Assembly: GCF_964355755.1 (NCBI RefSeq)
Contig: NC_092671.1
Coordinates: 19,530,001 to 19,594,000, forward strand
Reading direction: 5' to 3'
DNA from: Antedon mediterranea
Lineage: Eukaryota; Animalia; Echinodermata
Length of the DNA: 64,000 nt
Numbering within the stretch: the stretch's first letter is position 1; every line of letters begins with the position of its first letter. The position numbers and the translations under genes were made by a program. The notes beneath the pieces were generated by a model. That model searched no databases and was not told the origin of the DNA. It worked only from the letters and a program-made list of their open reading frames with translations. Positions 39,101 to 48,100 of this stretch are shown here, one piece after another.

Positions 39101-42100
39101 GGAGCAGTAGTATTGATAATTCTTGGTCTGAATGCAATATACATAATTAAGTGTTACAGAGTATAAAAACATTTTTTTTTTATTTTTCAATTTGATAATT
39201 TCCGTGAATTTACTGCTACAGTAAAACAACAAAATCTCTAATTGGGATTGCAGCATATAGTGGAATCTTATTTACCAGGACAGTGAATTCAGTGACATAA
39301 TTCAGATGGCATTCAATTCAACAATATAAATCCCAGTAAAATTAATTAATGGAAATGTCACTAGTTTCTAGAGGAATCTTATTGAATGGCGACAATTCAC
39401 TGGGACCAACCTGATATTATTTCTGTTATTTTGGTTGTAATATAGGTGTTTATATTGTCATGGATCAGTTGTTGTTCGTGTGCGTTCTGCATATTTGCAT
39501 ATAAGTGTCTTGCTGCTAGCTGTTTTGCGAGCATTGTGTTTGGCGCATTTGCATATAGGTGATGTTTTGGTTAACTACCTGGTTTTTCTGTCTGCGCGTC
39601 AGAAAAGCTTTTGTTGCAAACACAGGAAGATGTGATTTTTGTTACCGTGTTGTGTATATATATATTATTAAGCCGTTGTTGAAGTTACCATTGTAAGTAG
39701 TAAAAAGAATTATATTACATGATAGACGGATCATTGCCTGTTAATTTATTATAATAAATTGCATGCATACAACTTAAATAAAGCAAATAATGTTCTCAAA
39801 TCTTTACTTCAATTTATAGAGAAATGGTTGATTGCTGTACGATCTTTCGTTCTTAGTTAGTAAATACATCATTCAAGTTGATTCAGGTATTAATCATTTG
39901 TAATGACGTTTAATTGATTGTATTGTCCTTAATAACCAGTTTGTACACAGTGTGTTTAAGTATAGTGGTAATACAGTGGTAAAGTGAAGTTATAAACTGA
40001 CTGTTATTGAAATTATGTAACGCTTGTTTGTATATTTTCAGGGTTTTCCTTTCTTTGTTCTCTTTATTTTCTGAGTGACGTTGATTCGTACACAATAAAT
40101 GGTATGGTAACGGCAATCAACAACTTGTTGTCTTTCTTTTGGTCTTGATATTGCATTCATTTGAGCCAAGCCTCGCACGCTTGATACCCGGGGAGAAAAC
40201 TTCCAAATTAATCCGGGCATGGTCTCACGTACCACGACAATATAACCATGTGTACTACATGTAGCCCCCTTGAATATTGTAAATGGACTCAAGACTTTAC
40301 AGTAATAATATTAAACATTTAATTAAGAAATTACATAAATCAGACATTTTGGGCAAGTCCAGGTAGCTAGATTATTTTCCATTTGAAAGTTCTTTGACCA
40401 GTTAATTTCGGATGCTGTGGTTGATTTAAGAAATAGTTTGCTTCCATGATGCATTTGGTTTTATATTGGTGGTGTTAAAATGTTCAGAGATTCATGTTCG
40501 GAAACATTCTAGAGTACATCTGATATGAACCGATTTAAGAACTATTGTAAGATGCTCTTAGGCTTATTGAAAGATTACCATCATGTTAGTCATCTTTATT
40601 TGTACGTACCTGTCTTTTCCAGGTTCTCCAATCATTACACTATATGTCAGAATGATACCATTTGGGTTTCGTGGTGAACGCCATCCAAGTGAAATCTCTC
40701 TTGTTGATACTAATGTCTCGACGACCAGTTCTGGTACACCAGGAACAGGGGCATCTGGGGCTGCTGTAGGGCCTACATTTATGGGTGAATCAGTCAGAAT
40801 ATTCTGTCTTGATGTAACAGGGTTAACAACTGGTGGGAGGGATGGAATTGGTACACCTGTAATCATGCAGGGGTGCAAAGAAAAAAACATAATGACAACA
40901 TGCAAAAAGCAGCTAATTCATGCAAACACAAAATATACAACATGACATGCATTATGATATGTTATGAATTATTGTAAAAAATAATGTTACATCATTGTCA
41001 GTATTAATGTGACTTTGTAGTTACAGTAAATCAAGCATTTCAGAATAGCTATGAGTACAAATAGGCTAGGCAATCTAGCATTTTGAGTGAAAAAATTGTA
41101 AACAGAGATTTTTTTTTTAAATGGTCACATATGATGGGGAGATCAAAATTTGAGCATCACTCTTCACTCATCCTATCCCATTGATCTCCTAATCATATGT
41201 GACCATTTAAAAAAGAATAATCTCTGTTTGCAATTTGGGCTGTTTTTTTAATAGATTTCCTAGCCTAAAACAATTTAAAAAATAAAAATTACAATGTTTT
41301 TCTGTAGACATAAAAATAAATGTATAGAATATGTTTTTTTTCTATTGATATTATATCTGAAATAAAAGAATGAATAACTGAATTTTAAGAAATAAGAACA
41401 GCAAAATTCGAAAGATAGCCTTCATGTCTTACTACAGTTAAATAAATATTGATTAATTGTTAAAGACCATACATGTTTACCTTAATGAGGATAATTGATG
41501 TAAGTCAATTTGTAGAAGTTGAGTGATGTCAGAAAGATGTTATACATACAAGTGTTGTTGGCCGTGAATAAACTACTTGAGTTGTTTTATGGATGTAACA
41601 CTAAATTACGCTTGTTAGCAAATATTGTTTGTTTCTCATATTAAGGTATTGAACAAAAAAATTGTCCTCAATATTTGCAAGGAAAGCAGTGTGAAATTAC
41701 AATTTGCTAACGATAAGATGGCTGAATTTCGCAAGGAAAGCATTGTAAGAGATGAGATGGCAGAATTTTGTAACTAGTATTTTTCAACGAAAATGTAGTA
41801 AAGCAATGTATTATAATCTATTCTTGACATGTTCAACTTGCAAGCTTTAATGTGTAAAATGAAAATGGACAAGGATAAGTGTAAACCTTATTGAGGTGGT
41901 TGACTATATATGGTTTGTTTGCTTGAAAATAAATCACTGTTAAGCCTTCATGCGTCAGTACTACATGCACTAAATTATTAATTCATTTTAACTTAATTTA
42001 ACATTCAATCATGCAAGTTTATAACTATGTAATCAAGTTTAAGTTTCATTAGCAGTAATTAGTGGCCAATACAAATTTGATTGAATTGCTGATTAAGGTT

Positions 42101-45100
42101 CCATTTACTGTACATTCAATTAAAAATGTATGTAATGCATAACAAGCTTATGGGTATAAGACATGGTTTTGATATCTGTGTCGCAATATATGAAAATAAG
42201 GATAGGCCTATCAAAGCAGACTCTTAAACAGCGATATCTTTAGTCAGGCAACTTGGCTAAATCCTATTATCAAACAAATGCTGGACATTTGTATATTAGG
42301 AATTTTAAATCATTTATCAAAATTAAATAAATGTGTTACTGTTAAATTTTAACAACAAATAATGAATTTTTATTTGATATTTAAAAAAAATAAAAGTATA
42401 TTTGTTTTTTTTATGTATATTTTGTTTTTGTAACTATTAAACATTTACAGGGCAATATTAAGTATACATGGATTGTGTGAACCAATTCTCAATAAGTACA
42501 TTAGATGAGATAAAGCATATCAATTAAAAAAATATATTATATATATTGAAATCATGCTTGTTTGTATGTACTTCACAACATGCAATATCTACCAAACAAC
42601 TACTGCACACAATATACAACACTGGCAAAACACTGGGAGCTCCAGGGACCAATTCTCATATTCTACATGATGATGGTATAACTAATTGACATAAATGAAT
42701 ATTGAGAAATTAATCATCATCAGATTAATAAAATTAAGAAATAGATATTTGGGAAAATTGAGTAAGAAGAACACATACAATGGTGACATATATACATTTA
42801 AAAGAGGAAATAATAACTGAGATAAAAATAGATATAAGAAGATAGATATTTTAGAAGATATTAGGAGGCAAATTATTATAATTTGCCAAGGTTAAGAACA
42901 TTAAACAGAAATCAGATAGATTTAAAATACAAATGTGTGAACAATTTATTAATAAATTAAAGAAACCTTTCAATAAACAATGCAAAATATAGTAAATATA
43001 CAATTCACCAACAAAGCATAATATGCAGCAGCTCTATCAACAATTTCAATGGCACCACATTTGTCTTATTATTACGGTACATATGTTTTCTTATGGCCCA
43101 AATTCTTTCATACTATAGTGTTATTGTAAATGTAATGCTATTTGTCCTCATTTGAGTAAATGTCAGAATATTTCTTCTAAGGGCCATGCAGTGCCTAACA
43201 TGATAAGCATATCCCGAGAATTGTTTTTAAATTGTGTAAAGTTCTCTGTTGTGCACATACTTTATGTACATAGAAGCAGCAGCTCATCCAAGAGTAAAAC
43301 ATCTTACCTAGTAAGCAATATGTTAAAGGTTTTGAACCCATAAAAATGCATGCTGAAAACATACTTTCCAGAAAAATCCAGACATGTTTGGCTAGCCCAA
43401 GGTGTCTGAGTTTGTATATTATCAGTTTTAATCAGGCCTATGGCATTGAAAAGAATTTCATAACAAGGAAATTAATTTTGAAAAAGACAATCTTCTATTA
43501 GGAAAGGTAAATAATACTAATAAATATAAAATAATAATAATAAATAAATAATAATTAATTTGAAATTAAATGCAAAAGAATTTTATTGATTTTATTTCAT
43601 GACAATTATACTATGATATTTAGAAATGAATCTGAACTAAGCATGAACTTCAGGTAGAAAGAATTTCAAGAGTAGTATTATATCTAATAATTCTTGATAG
43701 CTTATAATGGATACACAAGCAGATCTGTTGAATGTTCTATGATAGATTATTTGGAGTTGTAGATTTCATTTAGTGTCTTTTACTGGTCAGTAATATATGT
43801 CATGGTGTATTTTTTTCCATGAAATTGTAGTTTCAAATAATTGTTTTGCTGAATCTGACCTGAATCTAAGTTAGGGGGAAAGTAAAAGAGATACAAGCTA
43901 ACGTATTGTCAGGAAGTAAAAACAAATGAGAAATTTAAATGTTTCTTTTGTGAAGCTTTACTGAGATTAGTACTATTATAAACCCTCTTAAAATCATATT
44001 TAAATTTACATTTGTGAGTCAATTAAACACAGCTTTTTAGTTCTTTGTATTTCTATCAATTTTCTCTTTCAACCTTATTTATTCATTATAGTGCTTTGGG
44101 CTATATAAATTTGAATAATGTGTCAAATATGTATTAACACAGTATTCACTACGTCATTGTTATAAAATTCCTTTTAAAATATGGTAAAAATAAATTTCAT
44201 TATACAGTATATTTGGCAATAATGAGTCTTTGTGATTACTATACAGTACCATGATCTTATTTTCGCGCTGCGCCTTTAATCATTAGGAAACAGTTACCAT
44301 GCAGTAGCTTATTATTTACTACGGCTTAAAAAATGGGTATTTGGAAACCAGTGAAGCATGTCTGGGAGAAAAGAGTTTATGAGATGTATGCAAATGGCGT
44401 GCTTCCCTGGCGTGTATAGATGATGAATTGTTTGATTAAGAAGCCCATGTTTATTGGCGGCTGTAAGTGAAGGTTCTAGGTAATTAGAAATGTTGTTTAT
44501 TGGGTACAACCTTTAGGGAGTAATGCCACTACCCCGGAATATGAACAGTACTATAGTTTAGTTTAAGATTATATTTTTGTTCTGTACATCAGTAGGCCAC
44601 GGCTACAGACTTTTGTTCTGAAATAAAAGTTGTTTGATTGCGGATTTAATTAATTGATTGACAGAAAGAAAACTGAATCCAGTTAAAATATACATCCTCA
44701 AAACAGTTGTATATTTAATACTTGATAGACCCTGCGTTATGATTAAATAGAGCATTTCAGACTATATTTAACTTTACACAAATTTTTACTGTACATTTTT
44801 TTTAAATTTATTTCTTCAATTTCTGCTATACACAATTCATAGAAAAAACAAACCAAATATAATAGGCAATAGATCAAACAGGTGAAAATAATAAAATAAA
44901 AAAATACATCATTATTTCTTAAATTGTTTAATAGAATATCAATTTTTAAAAAACATCGTTTAATGAAGGAAAAACAGTAATTAAAACTGCTCCTTCAAAA
45001 AGTTGAGTAGCATTTTTTGTAAGAAATATTTTTGTTTATACTACAATTCATGGCTAAATATTTCAAGAGTTTATGTTTAATCATTTTAATTCATTATAAA

Positions 45101-48100
45101 TAATGTAAATTACTACAATTATGACACAGAGAGGAAAATTTGTGTAATGTTTGGATGTGACAGACCTTGGAAAACATTATTGTAAAGTAGAATTTTGTTA
45201 TAAGCAACTCAATCATTTTTATTAAAATGAAAGCTTTTAGTGCAATGGTTGATGGCTGCAGGTTGAACACAAAACACAGATCAATAAAGAATAAATGTGC
45301 CAATTACTACAAAAGCTTACAAGATGATCGACAACGAATTTTAAACAATTTCCAAAGATCAATTTTTCGAAATTTGCCTTTTAGACTCAATATTATAAAT
45401 TACTATGATGTAGTTCTTAATGTAAAAATTGTAAAATGTCTAAGTCAAGATTTAGAATCAATCTTTTGTTATTATATACTCAGATTTTCTTTCAATAAAA
45501 ATGTTGTAAGGCTCATTCGTTTATATCATAATTATTCTTTCTCTTTGGATGGAATATAAAGCCGTTGGTCCTGTGTGTATACAGTGCATTTTACAGAACT
45601 TGGTACACTTGTTTTTAGGAAATACTTTTTTTATTTTAATTATTAATTAAAGTAATATAACTTTAAAGTAACAAATTAAATAATGATGAACAATTCAATA
45701 AACTATTGTATTTGATTAGATAATTGAATTATTTGACAGTGATTTGCAAAACTATTATAATGTCCTCAGGATATACAGTATGGAAATTGAGTTCTCTTAA
45801 ACTGATATAATTATCCCTTTTAACCAGGGTGTTGTTCTAAATTATAAGGTCATTTAAATTTCAATGAAATTATTGAGCTTGGTTGGTTGATTACCTAGTT
45901 AGAACAGGAAAAAAAACCAAAGACAGTGGGGGCGGAAGAAAGGGATGTCATAGATTTGTTGAAATATATTGTTCATATGTACTTTGTTTGTATGGTCATG
46001 CTCCACTGTGTTCTAAATTGTGTCAGCTCCTATATTGGTCATCACAACACTGTTTTGGAATATTATAAATATTTAAATTAAATGCTTGGACCATGATTTT
46101 CTCATTTTATCATTAGTGACATAAATACCAAACCCTCCTTCATATACATCATCACTACCTCTCTTTTTACACTACTGTACTTTATTTTTTGCAGGTATAA
46201 AAGAAAGCTTACCTGGTGGAAGAACAATTAGTTGAGCAATTGCATTGATGTTTCCCACCTCATTTGACACAATACATTGATAGTATTTACTGTCTGACTG
46301 CTTAACACCAATGATGCGTAACGTCTCTCCAACTTCACCATTCCGTTCAATCCTGAAAGCATTCTCCTTTGGAATTGGGTCACCATCCACGAGCCAAGTC
46401 ACAGCGGTCGGACGTGGAACACTGTACCAGCTACATTCGAATTGAGCATTCATCCCTTGCCTAGCATACGTTGAGACAGGCCGCTTCACAAAGCGTGGCG
46501 GAACTGACAGTGAGGAATTAAAACAGAATGAAATACATTTTACAGAATCCATCACTAGCATTGTGACGCCAAGTATATAAAAACCACTATACCAGATTTA
46601 TACTCTCAGGTGCTATTAGTGTTACAGTTGTTCTAACTAATTGATTCATTGTACAATTGTTTTCTATAAAAATCTAGATTACACATTATTTGAATAAAAT
46701 ATATGTGCTCAGAAATAGTGGGTTTCATGTTGTAGTCAACATAAATGTCAAAAGATATTTATATTCAGTGTATTTTTATTGATCAAAACTTTTACACAAG
46801 ACTGAGTCATCCATCAGCTGTTATATCTGATGTTGCATTATCTCTTTGTGTAACATCAACTTACTCTCTTAACACAAACACACTCTAACATGCTGTGTCA
46901 ACCTCTTCTAGTCTCCTGTCCATTTCATCAATTACAGTGTGTTTATTTCTACATTTACGTTGCTATATTTTATAGCAAATCAACTACTCCATGACAAGAA
47001 CATGTTTTTTTGGTGTAGTATCTATTACTGCATCTAGAATGTTACACATTGAGTATAATGTAAAATGACACAGAGCATTTCATCATTCAAACAATTTCTT
47101 GATTAACTATTTCCTATGGCATGTAATTCTTGTTAGGTTACCATTATATTTAAAAGTGTGTCACTGGATGGCATAGTTTAAAGACATCAATTGTATGTTT
47201 TATCTGTTTGATATTATACTTTCTATACAGTACAATATTGTAGCAAGTAGCACAATTAATCTATTTTTTCAATAATTTGTAATATGTTATTTAAAAACAA
47301 AAATATTGTATTTAAAATGTCTACCCTAAGATACCAACATAGGCAAATTCAAGTACTTAGTATCAAATAATCTACCAGGAATTTCATTTATTAATTACTC
47401 ATTTTCACAATATTTTTTTTAAATTACATATTTTATGTTAGCTTCTTGTTAGTGTCTCCAGAACTGTATTTATATTTAAAATAAAACTAAATACTCATTC
47501 TTACACTCAACTATGAATTGAATGTTTTGAATTAAATGTTTTGAATAATATAAATATCATAATATCAATATCAATATGGATCCTTTACATAGAATCCTAA
47601 CAGACCTGAAATAGTGGAATACATATTTCTAAACCCAGGTCTGTTAGGATTCTCTGTAAAGGCAGCGTGGAAAGGAGATGAGGGTACCCAAACGGCGTTC
47701 CATACTCAACTGTATACTGTGTATTGTTAACAATTGCATACCTCTGACAGTAACTTGAATTTCTTTCTCTACATTTCCTAAATTATTACTTGCACGAACT
47801 CGATATAATCCTGTGTCAAGTTCATCAGCATTTTCAATGCGAAGATTCCCTTGGCCAACTAATGAATAGTGGTTGTCAAACCTGAATTGAAAATGGATAA
47901 ACAGATAAAACTATTAAATACAAGAGTGGAGATTCAGAAAGCATAGTCAATGCTGTACACATACACACAAAAACATTGTACAAAACATCTGGCTTAATAT
48001 GATATGAAATTCATAAAGAAAATTGAAAACATATACAGAAAAAGACCTCCTTTGGCACCATTGTTTTTTAGGAGACAATCAATTTGTTTTTGTGGAAAAG

